From assembly GCA_963678065.2 (NCBI GenBank), contig CAXXVZ010000002.1, positions 320,001 to 384,000 on the forward strand: 64,000 bases of DNA, read 5' to 3'. Under the pieces are notes generated by a model, which saw only the letters and a list, made by a program, of their open reading frames with translations, did no database searches and was not told the origin of the DNA. Below are positions 10,362 to 20,562 of the stretch, piece after piece. The stretch is from Treponemataceae bacterium. GTDB taxonomy: Bacteria; Spirochaetota; Spirochaetia; Treponematales; Rectinemataceae. How positions within the stretch are numbered: the stretch's first letter is position 1; the number at the start of each line of letters is the position of its first letter. A program made the translations under genes and the position numbers.

Positions 10362-12296
10362 ATGAAATCTCTTTCGCCTCTGTCGGGTTTACTCGTACTG
10401 AGCGTTCTGTTCGCCTCATGCACCAGCGTCACGACCGTCCAGACCGTGGCCACGCCCGCATTCTCCGTTTCCGCGGGCAGCTACACCTCGAGCGTCGCCC
10501 TGAGCATCACGAGCTCGACGAGCGGGGCCAGCATCCGCTACACGACTGACGGCAGCGCGCCGACCAGCAGCTCCGGGACCCTGTACTCCGCGGCCATCAC
10601 GATATCGTCGACACAGACAATCAAAGCCATCGCCTTCAAGACGGGCTGGAACGATTCCGAAGTCGCGAGCGCCACCTACACCATCTCCTCGTCTCCCTCC
10701 ACATACTCGTATTCGAAGGCCAATCCCCTCTTCGAGGTCGATTTCTCGGGGTCATTCTCCATGACCCTGACGGTCTCCGGGGCGGAGGGATCCTCGGTCT
10801 ACCTCGTCAAGGCCAACCCTTCCTCCTCCTCCGCCTCGGCATCGACGACAGGCAAAGCGGCGTCAGCGACCGGAAGCGAGGCATCCTCGATCGCCGCGGC
10901 CTCATCATCCACCGCCTCGTATTCGAGCTCGGGAAGACCGACCCGCTACGAGCACGCGGCGGCGGCGGAGTTCAACGCCAATCCGCCTGCGGTCACGATT
11001 GCCGCGCGCGGGATTGCCGCCTCGGCTTCCGTGAGCTACGGCGACGGGAGTTCCAGCCTCGTCGTCGACTCTTCCGCGAAATCCTTCTGGGTGGAAAACT
11101 CCTCAGGCGCCTGGGTGCAAAAAACCGCCACGCTGAGGGCTGTCGGCCGTTACTGCTACGTGTGGGTCGCGGACGAGTGCTTCAGCGCAAGCTCGACGGC
11201 GGACAACGACAACGCGATCACGGGAGCGCAGGCCGCCGCGATCCAGGCAAAATTCGACGGCAGCTCTGCCGCTTCCTGGACGGACGGCATTTTCAAGAAC
11301 GTCACCTCGATCTTCGGATACGAGTATGGCGGCGGAGCGGGAGGCTCGGGCGGACGCGACGGGGACCAGCACATCGCGATTCTCGTGTACGACATAGGCG
11401 GCGACTACATCTCGACACAGACGGGCGGCGTGCTCGGCTATTTCTGGGGCAAGGACTACTACGACCAGACGACTCTGGACTCGTACTACGGCACGGACAG
11501 CTACAAGACCAACTATTCGGAAATTTTCTACGTCGACACGCATTTCACCGACAAGTATCCATCCTACATACTTTCCACGCTCGCCCACGAATACCAGCAC
11601 ATGATCAACTTCAACCGGAAAACGGTGGAGAACGGCCTGTCCTCTCCGAGCTGGTGCAACGAGATGTGCTCGATGGTGGCCGAGGATTTCGTCGACGCCA
11701 ACATCGGACTCGATCCCGCGACGGACGGCCCGATCTCCCGCTTCCCCGAGTTCGCCTACCACTACGCGGAGTCAGGCGTCACCGACTGGTCCAGCTCGCT
11801 CAAGAACTACGCAGGAGCCTTCGCCTTCGGGGCCTATCTCGAGAGGAATTACGGGGGAGCCAGTCTGTTCAAGGCCATGTCGGACAATTCGTCGGTCGGG
11901 ACGACCTCGATCACAACCGCGCTCTCCAGCCTCGGCTACTCCGACACCTTCGACGCCGCCTTCCTGAAGTATGGGCAGGCCCTCGTGTTCACGAACCAAC
12001 CCACGGGCGCTTCCGTGAAGAGCTTCAAGCAGGAATCCGCCGTCTACATCGACAGCATGAAATTCACCGCCCAGGCCATCGATCTCGATACTGTTCAGCA
12101 ATACGACCTGTCCGCAGGCAGCTCGACGGGGTCCTACGGCATCAGACTGTACGATCCCTCGACGATGGTGGAGCTCCGCCCCTACGGTTACTCGGTCCAC
12201 AGCCGGACAGCCTGGCAGAACCTGAGCGGGAGCCTTTCGCTGACGCTGACCGCCCCGACGGACTCCGACGTGAAGTTCTACATCATGGTCAAATGA
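10362..12296 (+). CDS. lipoprotein with Fn3-associated (chitobiase C-terminal-like) domain and M30/hyicolysin-like Zn metallopeptidase
   Basis: Lipobox LFASC; ATPAFS..GASIRYTTDGSAP..IKAIA; TLAHEYQHMINF and WCNEMCSMVAED zincin motifs. Confidence 0.85.
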   Translation: MKSLSPLSGLLVLSVLFASCTSVTTVQTVATPAFSVSAGSYTSSVALSITSSTSGASIRYTTDGSAPTSSSGTLYSAAITISSTQTIKAIAFKTGWNDSEVASATYTISSSPSTYSYSKANPLFEVDFSGSFSMTLTVSGAEGSSVYLVKANPSSSSASASTTGKAASATGSEASSIAAASSSTASYSSSGRPTRYEHAAAAEFNANPPAVTIAARGIAASASVSYGDGSSSLVVDSSAKSFWVENSSGAWVQKTATLRAVGRYCYVWVADECFSASSTADNDNAITGAQAAAIQAKFDGSSAASWTDGIFKNVTSIFGYEYGGGAGGSGGRDGDQHIAILVYDIGGDYISTQTGGVLGYFWGKDYYDQTTLDSYYGTDSYKTNYSEIFYVDTHFTDKYPSYILSTLAHEYQHMINFNRKTVENGLSSPSWCNEMCSMVAEDFVDANIGLDPATDGPISRFPEFAYHYAESGVTDWSSSLKNYAGAFAFGAYLERNYGGASLFKAMSDNSSVGTTSITTALSSLGYSDTFDAAFLKYGQALVFTNQPTGASVKSFKQESAVYIDSMKFTAQAIDLDTVQQYDLSAGSSTGSYGIRLYDPSTMVELRPYGYSVHSRTAWQNLSGSLSLTLTAPTDSDVKFYIMVK

Positions 12297-12323
12297 GGGC
12301 AGCCGCGACGGGGCGGACGCGCA

Positions 12324-12352
12324 TTGCGCAGATTCCATCCCGTCGCTAGTAT
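12324..12352 (+). promoter_or_regulatory. sigma70-like promoter of the MFS gene (near-leaderless)
   Basis: TTGCGC, 17 bp spacer, TAGTAT; 9 nt to ATG 12362; no SD. Confidence 0.45.
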
Positions 12353-12361
12353 ACGTTCATC

Positions 12362-13672
12362 ATGACAAAAACTTTGATCCTCTCCTTCGGCAAACGGAAT
12401 TTTCCGGCCCTCGGCCACCGCAATTTCCGTCTGTTCTGGGGCGGGCAGTGCGTGTCGCTTATCGGGACATGGATGCAGAACATCGGGCAATCCTGGCTCG
12501 TGCTCAAACTGACGGGCAGTCCCATGAAGCTCGGCGTGGTTTCGGCCGTCCAGTTCCTGCCTGTACTTCTGTTTTCGCTTTTCGCCGGCCCCTTCGTAGA
12601 CCGCTTTCCGAAGAAACGCATGCTGCTCTTCACGCAATCCATGCTCATGATCCTCGCCTTCGTCCTCGCCGCCCTTACGGGCTTCGGGCTTGTCAGGTAC
12701 TGGCATGTCCTCGTGCTCGCCCTCCTCCTCGGCCTCACGAATACCCTCGATATCCCTACGCGGCAATCGTTCATCATAGAGATGGTCGGGAGAGAGGACC
12801 TCATGAATGCCATCTCGCTCAACTCGACGATGTTCAACCTGGCCCGCATCGTCGGGCCGGCCGTGGCGGGGCTCATGATCGGCGCGATCGGAATCGCACC
12901 CTGCTTCGTCCTGAATGGACTCAGCTTCATCGCCGTGATCGCGGCGCTCACCCGGATCGACTCGGGAAAGCCGCAGGAAAAGACAGCAGCGGACGCGACC
13001 GCGGCGGGCAAAAAAAAGCTGGAGCTCGCCTCGCTTCTGCGGGACACGGGCGAGGGATTGCGCTACATCGGAGGCAAACCGGGCATACTCTGGCCCCTCG
13101 CACTCCTCGGCGGCATGAGCCTCTTCGTCCTCAACTTCAGCGTAGTCATCCCCGTCTTCGCGCGCGACAGCATCGGGGGCGACGCGACGGAATACGGCTT
13201 CCTCATGACAGCGATGGGTATCGGCTCCCTCGCCGGAGCGGTCACCCTCGCGGTGAAAAGTTCCGGCGGGCCGAAAATCGGCCGGCTCCTCGTGGGGGCC
13301 TTCGGGATGTCCGCCTTCAGCCTCCTCATCGGCCTGCAGGGAAACTTCGCCCTGTCCTGCGCCCTTCTGATATTGACCGGATTCTTCACCATCCTCTGCA
13401 CGACGCAGGCGAATGTTCTCGTGCAGATCCGCTCCGAAGACGGGATGCGCGGGCGGGTCATGAGCGTGTTTTCCATGGTCTTCGGCGGGGTTACGCCGAT
13501 CGGCAGCCTCTACGCAGGCGCCCTCATCGAAGCGGCGGGCGCGGCCTTCTGCCTCGTCGCGAGCGGGATCATCGGACTCGTGATGGCGGCGGCATGCTCA
13601 GTGGTCGTGCAGCTATCCGGGACCAGGAAAAACAGCGGCGATGGGGGACAAGGGCCGGCAATTCGCGGATAA
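12362..13672 (+). CDS. MFS transporter (MFS_3/EntS-like)
   Basis: ALGHRNFRLFWGGQ..IGTWMQ, NAISLNS..FNLARIVGPA, MRGRVMS; about 12 TM segments. Confidence 0.92.
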   Translation: MTKTLILSFGKRNFPALGHRNFRLFWGGQCVSLIGTWMQNIGQSWLVLKLTGSPMKLGVVSAVQFLPVLLFSLFAGPFVDRFPKKRMLLFTQSMLMILAFVLAALTGFGLVRYWHVLVLALLLGLTNTLDIPTRQSFIIEMVGREDLMNAISLNSTMFNLARIVGPAVAGLMIGAIGIAPCFVLNGLSFIAVIAALTRIDSGKPQEKTAADATAAGKKKLELASLLRDTGEGLRYIGGKPGILWPLALLGGMSLFVLNFSVVIPVFARDSIGGDATEYGFLMTAMGIGSLAGAVTLAVKSSGGPKIGRLLVGAFGMSAFSLLIGLQGNFALSCALLILTGFFTILCTTQANVLVQIRSEDGMRGRVMSVFSMVFGGVTPIGSLYAGALIEAAGAAFCLVASGIIGLVMAAACSVVVQLSGTRKNSGDGGQGPAIRG

Positions 13673-13691
13673 TCCTGGAACATGGACCCGG

Positions 13692-15440
13692 TTATGCGGG
13701 GCGGAATATGACTTCCGAGACGGCGACCGATCTCTCCTCGCCCGGAGCAAAGCCCGCGACCCTCAGTTTGACGCGGTAGCTTCCCGCCGCGGCGATGACG
13801 ATCCTCCCCGTGACGGTGATCTGTTCCGGGAAGTATTTCGCCCGCGGATCGTCCACCGTTTCATCCTCCCGAAGCTCGCTTTCGAGGCGCTGCCCCGCCA
13901 TTTCCAGGGAGACCCTGTGCCCCCTCCCTGCAGGAGGAAGTTCCGGATGCGTTTTTACGGACACCACCGTGGCGACATACTCTCCGGGTTCGAAAACCCT
14001 GCACGACCAGGACAACCAGGTTTTCCGGTTTGTCCAGCCTGCCGTGTACCCGGGACGCGATATTCGGGCCTTGCCGTATGCGGGAGCGTGTATTCGGGCC
14101 ATGCGGACCGGCAGCCTGATGCATGAGTCGGGCTGCTGCATGAGGCCGGAATCGACGCACAAATCTCCTTCAAACTCCAGCGCGACCACTCCGATATTCA
14201 GGGGAGGAGAGGCCCCGAAACCTTCGATATACAGAATATCCCTTTCGGGATTCCGCTCGATACACTGCCTGACCGCAAGTTTCTCGGACGGATCGGACAG
14301 GCACCAAGCCTCTTTCACTCTGCTCTTGAGTCCGTAAAGCGTAAAAGTACCCTGGGGCCACGAGAACATGAAAAGATAGAGTCGTCCACGCTTCCAGGTC
14401 ACCCGGCCCCAGGAGAAATCGAAGGAGAATGGGCTCGCCTGGGTGCCGTAGATGGCTTCGCCGTTTATTTTCATCCACGCTCCGATTCCCTTCAGTCTTT
14501 CGACACTTTCAGGCGGGAAAAAGCCATCGCCGTCAGGACCCACATTGAGAATGTAATTGACTCCCTTGGCGGCGAGATCGACGAGGAGACAGAGCAGTGT
14601 GTCCAGGGATTTCCATTCCCTGTCGCCGGATTTGTATCCCCATGTGTCGTTCATCGTGCCAGGGGTTTCATAGTCTCCGTCTATCCCGCCGGCGGGCAAC
14701 TGGTTGTCGCCGAGGCTGCCGTAATCGCCGAGGTCATGACCGATCCGGCCACTCACGAGACAGTCAGGCTGGAACGACCTGACATATTCCGCGAGCTCCC
14801 GGCTGTGTTCCGCGCTGATCGTGTACGGCGTATCGAACCAGATGAGTCCGATCGGGCCGTATCCCGTCAGCAGCTCCCTGAGTTGGGGTTTTACCTTCCT
14901 CTCGAGATAGGCGCGAAAATCCTTTTTTGCCGGGTCGAAATCCCAGTCATTCCAGGCGCCGTCGGGATCGTGCCAGTCCTGATCCTGCGAATAATAGAAA
15001 CCCAGTCTGATTCCCGCTTCCGCGCAAGCCGTCGAGAGCTCCTTGAGAGGGTCCCGCTTCCATGGAGTCGCGGCGACGATATTGTAGGGGTTGTCCGGAG
15101 AGTCGAACATCGCGAATCCGTCATGATGTTTGGCGGTGATGACGATGTACTTCATTCCGGCTTCTTTGGCAAGCGCGACCCATTCCACCGCGTCGAATCC
15201 CGAAGGAACAAATCCGGCCGCGATCGATGCGTATTCGTTTCTGGGAATGCGTCGCGCGTGCATGATCCATTCGCCTATACCGTCCACTTCCTCACCCTTC
15301 CAGAATCCCGCAAGCTTCGAGTACAGCCCCCAGTGGATGAACAGCCCGAATCGCGCTTCCCGCCACCAACGAAGGGCCTCTTCATTGAAAACCTCAGCCT
15401 GTCCACGACCGCCGAAGAGGTCCCTTTTGGTCAACTTCAT
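13692..15440 (-). CDS. alpha-L-fucosidase (GH29), cytoplasmic
   Basis: ARFGLFIHWG, EWIM, TAKHHDGF, IWFD nucleophile, LNVGP; ATG 15440 overlaps the upstream stop; no signal peptide. Confidence 0.92.
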   Translation of the reverse strand: MKLTKRDLFGGRGQAEVFNEEALRWWREARFGLFIHWGLYSKLAGFWKGEEVDGIGEWIMHARRIPRNEYASIAAGFVPSGFDAVEWVALAKEAGMKYIVITAKHHDGFAMFDSPDNPYNIVAATPWKRDPLKELSTACAEAGIRLGFYYSQDQDWHDPDGAWNDWDFDPAKKDFRAYLERKVKPQLRELLTGYGPIGLIWFDTPYTISAEHSRELAEYVRSFQPDCLVSGRIGHDLGDYGSLGDNQLPAGGIDGDYETPGTMNDTWGYKSGDREWKSLDTLLCLLVDLAAKGVNYILNVGPDGDGFFPPESVERLKGIGAWMKINGEAIYGTQASPFSFDFSWGRVTWKRGRLYLFMFSWPQGTFTLYGLKSRVKEAWCLSDPSEKLAVRQCIERNPERDILYIEGFGASPPLNIGVVALEFEGDLCVDSGLMQQPDSCIRLPVRMARIHAPAYGKARISRPGYTAGWTNRKTWLSWSCRVFEPGEYVATVVSVKTHPELPPAGRGHRVSLEMAGQRLESELREDETVDDPRAKYFPEQITVTGRIVIAAAGSYRVKLRVAGFAPGEERSVAVSEVIFRPA

Positions 15441-16726
15441 GCCGGATCTCCTGCGGCCAAAGCCTCTTCCATCGCTATCGCGGCCCACTCGTGGAGCCGG
15501 CGCGGCTCGTTCAGGACCGTGGAGTTATCTTTCATGATAATTTCGAGGGACACTCCCGCCTCTCGGGTTTTCCGGATAACCTGCCGCAGTTCAGTCCGGG
15601 CGCGTCCGGGATTCCAGACCCGGTCGACGAAGACGGCCGGATTGGGTTTCCACGAGAAGACGAATGCGTTCCCGTAATTCCGGATCGCTTCGTCGAGATC
15701 TGCCCAGGGACTCATGGATATTTTCCGGAGCTTGGGTATGCGTCTGACCTGTTCATGCTTCGCGTGGAGGGCTTCGCAGCAGCCGTAATAATTGTATCCC
15801 CAGCGCGAGAGCCACGGGATGTCATGTCGCAAGGCGAATTCCCAATGCATCTCGGGAGAAACGCCGGAAAATATCTGGGCATTCGAACAGCCCCACATCT
15901 CGGAAGGACCCGCGATTCCGTCCCCGGCCTCGTTTCCGGCCTGCGAATCCGCCACATTGCCGTAACCTCCGGACCCGACGCGCACATTCGTGGTTCCGAT
16001 GGAGAGAAGCCCTTCGCGCCCGAACGAGTCGAGAACCTTCAGCGCTTCCGATACATATGTGCCGACCGCGAGATTGACGAGGTCGGGCTGGAGCACGAGG
16101 TCCATCATAGCCTGTTGGACTCCCCAGACACGTATGAGGTTATCCCATGGCGTATACCAGATGTGCCGGACTCCCCTCAGCTTGACGGGGAGCACCTGTC
16201 CGAATGCCTCGAGGGCAGCGCCGTAGGCCAGCTCGGTTTTCTGTCGGTCGTAAGACGCCGGCATGAGGCGGACCAGCCTCTCGACATCCTTCTCGTCCTC
16301 TATCTGCGGGACGAACTCGTGGGAACTGATCCCCTGCTCCCCGGCCTGCGGAATCGTCTTTTCCAGCACATCGAGCCTGAAGGAGCCGCCGGTCCACGAT
16401 TTCGTCACCTCGAACCAGGGCGACACGATCATGTCGCAGGGCATGTGGCGCCATTGGTAGAGGATTTTCCTTAGCCGGAACTCCCACTCTTTCGCGAGTT
16501 CGCCGGTGCATCGGAGAGTCAACTCACCTTCCGAATCCAGTTCGTGCCAGGGAATCTCGTTGATCCAGACCATAGGTCTTTCCGCTCTGTTTTCGTTGAG
16601 ATCCGCCCACAGCCGTCCCCGCGTCGCGTTGCCCGGATCGGCAGCCGCAGCGGCGTATTCGTCGGCGAGACGAACGAGAATTCCCCTGTCCCGCGGGGAG
16701 ATAGCGCCATATTCACCGGTCTCCAT
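15437..16726 (-). CDS. URO-D/methyltransferase-fold protein (divergent, YGCCE type)
   Basis: SPEMHWEFAL, YYGCCEAL, RKISMSPW, SWKPNPA; start METGEY at 16726. Confidence 0.6.
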   Translation of the reverse strand: METGEYGAISPRDRGILVRLADEYAAAAADPGNATRGRLWADLNENRAERPMVWINEIPWHELDSEGELTLRCTGELAKEWEFRLRKILYQWRHMPCDMIVSPWFEVTKSWTGGSFRLDVLEKTIPQAGEQGISSHEFVPQIEDEKDVERLVRLMPASYDRQKTELAYGAALEAFGQVLPVKLRGVRHIWYTPWDNLIRVWGVQQAMMDLVLQPDLVNLAVGTYVSEALKVLDSFGREGLLSIGTTNVRVGSGGYGNVADSQAGNEAGDGIAGPSEMWGCSNAQIFSGVSPEMHWEFALRHDIPWLSRWGYNYYGCCEALHAKHEQVRRIPKLRKISMSPWADLDEAIRNYGNAFVFSWKPNPAVFVDRVWNPGRARTELRQVIRKTREAGVSLEIIMKDNSTVLNEPRRLHEWAAIAMEEALAAGDPA

Positions 16727-16734
16727 ATGCCATC

Positions 16735-17802
16735 CTACCTTTTGCGCATTTCCAGGTACGCTTCCTGGTAAATGAGAGCGCTCTCGACGGGAGTGTTCTG
16801 GGGAATATGGTTGCCCGTGCAGAATATGAAGCCCGGGTATGGTTTCCCGGTATCCATGCAGCGTTTGACTTCCGCGCGTATCTCCTCTTTCGTGCCCGAC
16901 AGCAGCACCCGCGTATCCGCGTTTCCGACGAACCCGTGCGTCTTGCCGTAGCGTTCGGCGAAGAGAGCCATATCGCTCATGGGCTCCATGACGACCGTAT
17001 CCGCCCCGCACTCGATGATGTCCCCGAAAAACGCCGTCCAGTCACCGTCGGACGTGAACATGATTTTCTTTCCCGCTTCCTTGAGCGGAGCCCAGAGTTT
17101 TTTCATGCTGGGGAAAATATACCTGCGGTACCAGGCCGGATTCACGACAGGTCCGGAGGTCCAGCACAAATCGTCGTGGGACATTATCACGGGAATCCGT
17201 GAGTCGGCGTAGGCTTCATAGAATTGCCGTACCCACCCGTAATACCGATCCACTATTTGGCCGAAGCGGTCCGGATCGAGTCCGAGACTGGTCAGCAGCA
17301 TGTCCCAGCCGAAAATGTCGATGAGACCCGAGAACATGGTAATGTAGACGCCTCCCGTATTGACGGTGTCCTCGTTCTCCCTGCAGAGTTCGTCATACTT
17401 GGCTTCGAATTCCGCGATGAGCGCGCTTCGGGGAAAAATTCCGTATTCTTCGATGGGGTCGAAGGTGAACACCTCTTCGGGATCGGAGAAGGGACAGGCT
17501 ATGCTTTCCCGCCGATCCCCGCTTCCGTCCGCCAGCTCGGCGTAGACGGCGTGTCCCATGTCGGTGAATCTGCCCTTGTTCCTCTGGAAAAATTTCCTGT
17601 TTACATACGTCGACCAATCGAATGCGTAATCCCAGGCCTTGATGAATCTCCGCGAGGCTTCTCTGCGGTTTTCGATGATATCGGTATCGATTCCCGTCAC
17701 GGCTTTCAGAAGAGGCCAGTGACTCTCCGCCGAATACTCGGTCCGGGGCACGGTATCGGTGAACTCCAGATTGAGGGCGGCAAGCCCGCTTTTCAATGAC
17801 AT
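16735..17802 (-). CDS. uroporphyrinogen decarboxylase-like (URO-D/MtaA fold) protein
   Basis: HDDL..GPVVNP..YRRYIFP, FTSDG, GNADTRVL..GTKEEIRAEV, GNHIP. Confidence 0.8.
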   Translation of the reverse strand: MSLKSGLAALNLEFTDTVPRTEYSAESHWPLLKAVTGIDTDIIENRREASRRFIKAWDYAFDWSTYVNRKFFQRNKGRFTDMGHAVYAELADGSGDRRESIACPFSDPEEVFTFDPIEEYGIFPRSALIAEFEAKYDELCRENEDTVNTGGVYITMFSGLIDIFGWDMLLTSLGLDPDRFGQIVDRYYGWVRQFYEAYADSRIPVIMSHDDLCWTSGPVVNPAWYRRYIFPSMKKLWAPLKEAGKKIMFTSDGDWTAFFGDIIECGADTVVMEPMSDMALFAERYGKTHGFVGNADTRVLLSGTKEEIRAEVKRCMDTGKPYPGFIFCTGNHIPQNTPVESALIYQEAYLEMRKR

Positions 17803-17836
17803 CGTCGGTCCTCCATTGTATGGTTCACGGCGAGGA

Positions 17837-18901
17837 TCAGGCGCCTTTTGCGGCGAATTCCCGTGCTGCGTCGTAGATCGCGAGGATGTTCGCAGTGGGC
17901 ACTTCCGGAAGGAAACTCTGACTCGGTCCGAGAATGTATCCTCCGCCGGGGCTCATCGTTTCAAGAGTCGAGAGGACTGCCCGGCGCACATCGTCCGGAG
18001 TGCCGAAGGGCAGCAGTTCCTGGGTATCTATTCCGCCGTTGAACGACATCATGCGGCCGAATTTCCCCTTGAGCGTCGCGGGATCCATGCCCCGCGCGGC
18101 GACCTGCATCGGATTCATCGCGGTCACGCCCATCTGCGCAAAATCCGGAATGAGCGCCGAAACGCTGCCGCAGGAATGGAACTGCACGAGATAGCCGGAA
18201 TCCCTGGCGAGATCTATAAGCCTGACGAGCCTTGGCTTTACATACCTCCGCCACAGGTCCGCGCTCGTGAGCATATCCTGCTGGGTGCCGTAATCGTCGC
18301 CCATGAAAAAAACCTGCATCCGGTTTTTCAACCGCGAGAATATCCTTTTGTTGATTTCGAGGGAAATTTCCGTGATCCTGTCGAGGACGAAGCACAACAG
18401 CTCCGGATCATCGTAGAAGAGCATCATGTAACGTTCCATCCCGAAGAGCATCTGCGCGATGTAGGTGACCGGGGCCCAATACCCGCCATAGACGCAATAG
18501 TCGTCCGCGTTCGAAGCCGCTTTTTCTATCGCGTCGTAATCCACATCGTCCGGATCGAGATACAGATGGCTGTCGGCCTCTTCGATCGTATCCGTATCCG
18601 CGAGAGGATGACCGACGGCGGTGCCGAACTGCCTGTCCACGAGCGCGCCCCAGGCATTCTTCACACGCTTTTCGTCGAAGGGTTTTGCGGGGACAGAGGC
18701 CGATGTGTAGACAACCGTGTTCCTGAAATCCACTCCCAGCGAGCGCAGCATGGCTTCCTTGTCGCTCGTTCCCAATGCGGCGCACACGCGCGCCACAACA
18801 TCGGCCGATGGCTCGATATCGAAATCGACAGCTATCCTGTCGGCCTCCCGGCGCGTCATGGCGCAAAGAGCCCTTTCCCTGGGGGACATCTGAATGTTCA
18901 T
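17837..18901 (-). CDS. uroporphyrinogen decarboxylase-like (URO-D/MtaA fold) protein
   Basis: MSPRERAL, GDDYGTQ, FHSCG, GGIDTQELLPFGTPDDV, GGYILGP; GGAG SD. Confidence 0.85.
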   Translation of the reverse strand: MNIQMSPRERALCAMTRREADRIAVDFDIEPSADVVARVCAALGTSDKEAMLRSLGVDFRNTVVYTSASVPAKPFDEKRVKNAWGALVDRQFGTAVGHPLADTDTIEEADSHLYLDPDDVDYDAIEKAASNADDYCVYGGYWAPVTYIAQMLFGMERYMMLFYDDPELLCFVLDRITEISLEINKRIFSRLKNRMQVFFMGDDYGTQQDMLTSADLWRRYVKPRLVRLIDLARDSGYLVQFHSCGSVSALIPDFAQMGVTAMNPMQVAARGMDPATLKGKFGRMMSFNGGIDTQELLPFGTPDDVRRAVLSTLETMSPGGGYILGPSQSFLPEVPTANILAIYDAAREFAAKGA

Positions 18902-18927
18902 GCTATTCTCCGGTGCGCGGAAAACAT

Positions 18928-18951
18928 GCCGGCGGCGGTGAAGCCGCCGGC
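18928..18951. other. GC-rich hairpin just downstream of the sugar-binding-protein gene
   Basis: GCCGGCGGC-GGTGAA-GCCGCCGGC perfect 9-bp stem. Confidence 0.6.
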
Positions 18952-18964
18952 CTCTGGTCATTTT

Positions 18965-20497
18965 TTATTTTTCGAATTTTTCCTGATAGACAGCCTTCGC
19001 TTCGGCGATGACTTCCTTTCCGCCCGAACTCATCCACTCCGCGACGAACTTGTCGAATTCGGCAAGAGAGCGCTGGCCGGTTATGAAGCCGGCGAAGGCT
19101 TTCTCCTCTATCGTCTGCAGATTGACCTTGTATTTTTTCCAGGCTTCGAGCGGGTATCCGGCGATGGCATCCATGGGGCCGATGGCTTTGGACCGTTCCT
19201 TCGCGATCCAGGCTCCGTCCTTGGTGGCTCCGTCGTAGATGTCGTAATTGGGGAACCAGGGGAAATAATTCATGCCGTATTCACCGCGTTTCTCGAAGGT
19301 GTCATAGGGAGGAATCCATTCGGGATAACCTTGGGCGTTCTTTTTGTAGGTGATGCCTTCATCGCCGTGGTAGATTTTGACTTCCCACTTTTCGGTACTG
19401 AGAAGTTCGTCCCAGATCTGGAACCAGCGACGCATCTTTGCCTGGTCTTTCTCAAGGTGCTTTCCGAACACGACCATAGGTATGACTTCCATGACATTCA
19501 TCTGGCGCATGCCCCTGTCGCCCCTTGGACCTGTTATGGGGGCGATGGTGGTGGGCTTGGCTTTCGGATTCACCGCGACCACGGGATCGTAGAGTTTCCC
19601 GGAGAAATATTTGACCGAGGGACCAGCCGTCCACCAATAGGTATCGGGGATGAGGCCGAACTTTCCGTTGATCCACTTTTCCTGAAACACATTGTAATTG
19701 TCGACAAAGAACGAAGGATCGATGACGCCATCCTTGTACCACTTGTTGAGCAGGGTCAGCGCTTCCTTGGTTTCGGGGAGGATGGAGCCATAGACAAGCT
19801 CGCCGTTCTTGATCTGGAAAATCTGAGGATGCGCTCCGAAAGCTCCGTAGATCGGGGCGAACATCTGGACCTGTCCTGGCGTGTTGTAGAAACTCATCCC
19901 GTAGGTGTCTTTTATCCCGTTGCCGTCGGGATCGTTGTTGCGGAATGCGTAGAGCACTTTTTCGAGGTCGACGAGCGTCGTAGGGGTCTTCATGCCGAGC
20001 TTTTCGAGCCAATCCATGCGGATGGACATGACACGACAGTGGTCTCCCAGGGGCCAGGCCGTGGGGAACCCATAGTTTTTACCTTTGACACTCGAGAACG
20101 CGAAGGCGCCTGGCTGGATTTTCATCAGGTACTCGTACATGCGGGGCGCTTCTTTCTGGATGAGCTCGCGCGGAACTTCCGCGATGACACCCTGCTCGGC
20201 GAATTTACTCAGCATGTTGTAATCGTAGGCGATGAACGCGTCGATCTTCTCGCCTGAAGCGATCATCAGCTGAAGTTTCTGTTTGTTCTCCTCCGTGCTC
20301 AGGCCCTTGTTGTTGAGCGCCTTGAATTTCACATTGAAGGCTTTTTCGATCGCGACCTTGATGGCCGCGTCCTGCGGAATTTCATAATCGTAGACGATGG
20401 TCATCTCCATCGGTTTTGCCGAACCTTGGGCATGGACATTGAGCGAAACCGCGAGCGCCAACGCAACGAATCCGGAAATGATTCTGCCTTTCGTCAT
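18965..20497 (-). CDS. carbohydrate ABC transporter solute-binding protein (LplA-like)
   Basis: Signal peptide ending VHA-Q; KLQLMIASGE, IRMDWLEKLG..P.T, DPDGNG.KDT, WYKDGVIDP; GAGGAG SD. Confidence 0.9.
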   Translation of the reverse strand: MTKGRIISGFVALALAVSLNVHAQGSAKPMEMTIVYDYEIPQDAAIKVAIEKAFNVKFKALNNKGLSTEENKQKLQLMIASGEKIDAFIAYDYNMLSKFAEQGVIAEVPRELIQKEAPRMYEYLMKIQPGAFAFSSVKGKNYGFPTAWPLGDHCRVMSIRMDWLEKLGMKTPTTLVDLEKVLYAFRNNDPDGNGIKDTYGMSFYNTPGQVQMFAPIYGAFGAHPQIFQIKNGELVYGSILPETKEALTLLNKWYKDGVIDPSFFVDNYNVFQEKWINGKFGLIPDTYWWTAGPSVKYFSGKLYDPVVAVNPKAKPTTIAPITGPRGDRGMRQMNVMEVIPMVVFGKHLEKDQAKMRRWFQIWDELLSTEKWEVKIYHGDEGITYKKNAQGYPEWIPPYDTFEKRGEYGMNYFPWFPNYDIYDGATKDGAWIAKERSKAIGPMDAIAGYPLEAWKKYKVNLQTIEEKAFAGFITGQRSLAEFDKFVAEWMSSGGKEVIAEAKAVYQEKFEK

Positions 20498-20562
20498 CGA
20501 TAGCTCCTCCCCCTCTGTGTATTTTCAAGCTGGTCCGGGTAAGTGTGGCGGGACCGGTCCCG

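Noticed and set aside
15437..18901. hemE heme-biosynthesis genes
   Set aside because: No HemE RQAGR motif and no other tetrapyrrole genes nearby
17759..20257. 832-aa plus-strand ORF
   Set aside because: Antisense shadow of well-supported URO-D-like and binding-protein genes; no motifs; expected in GC-rich DNA
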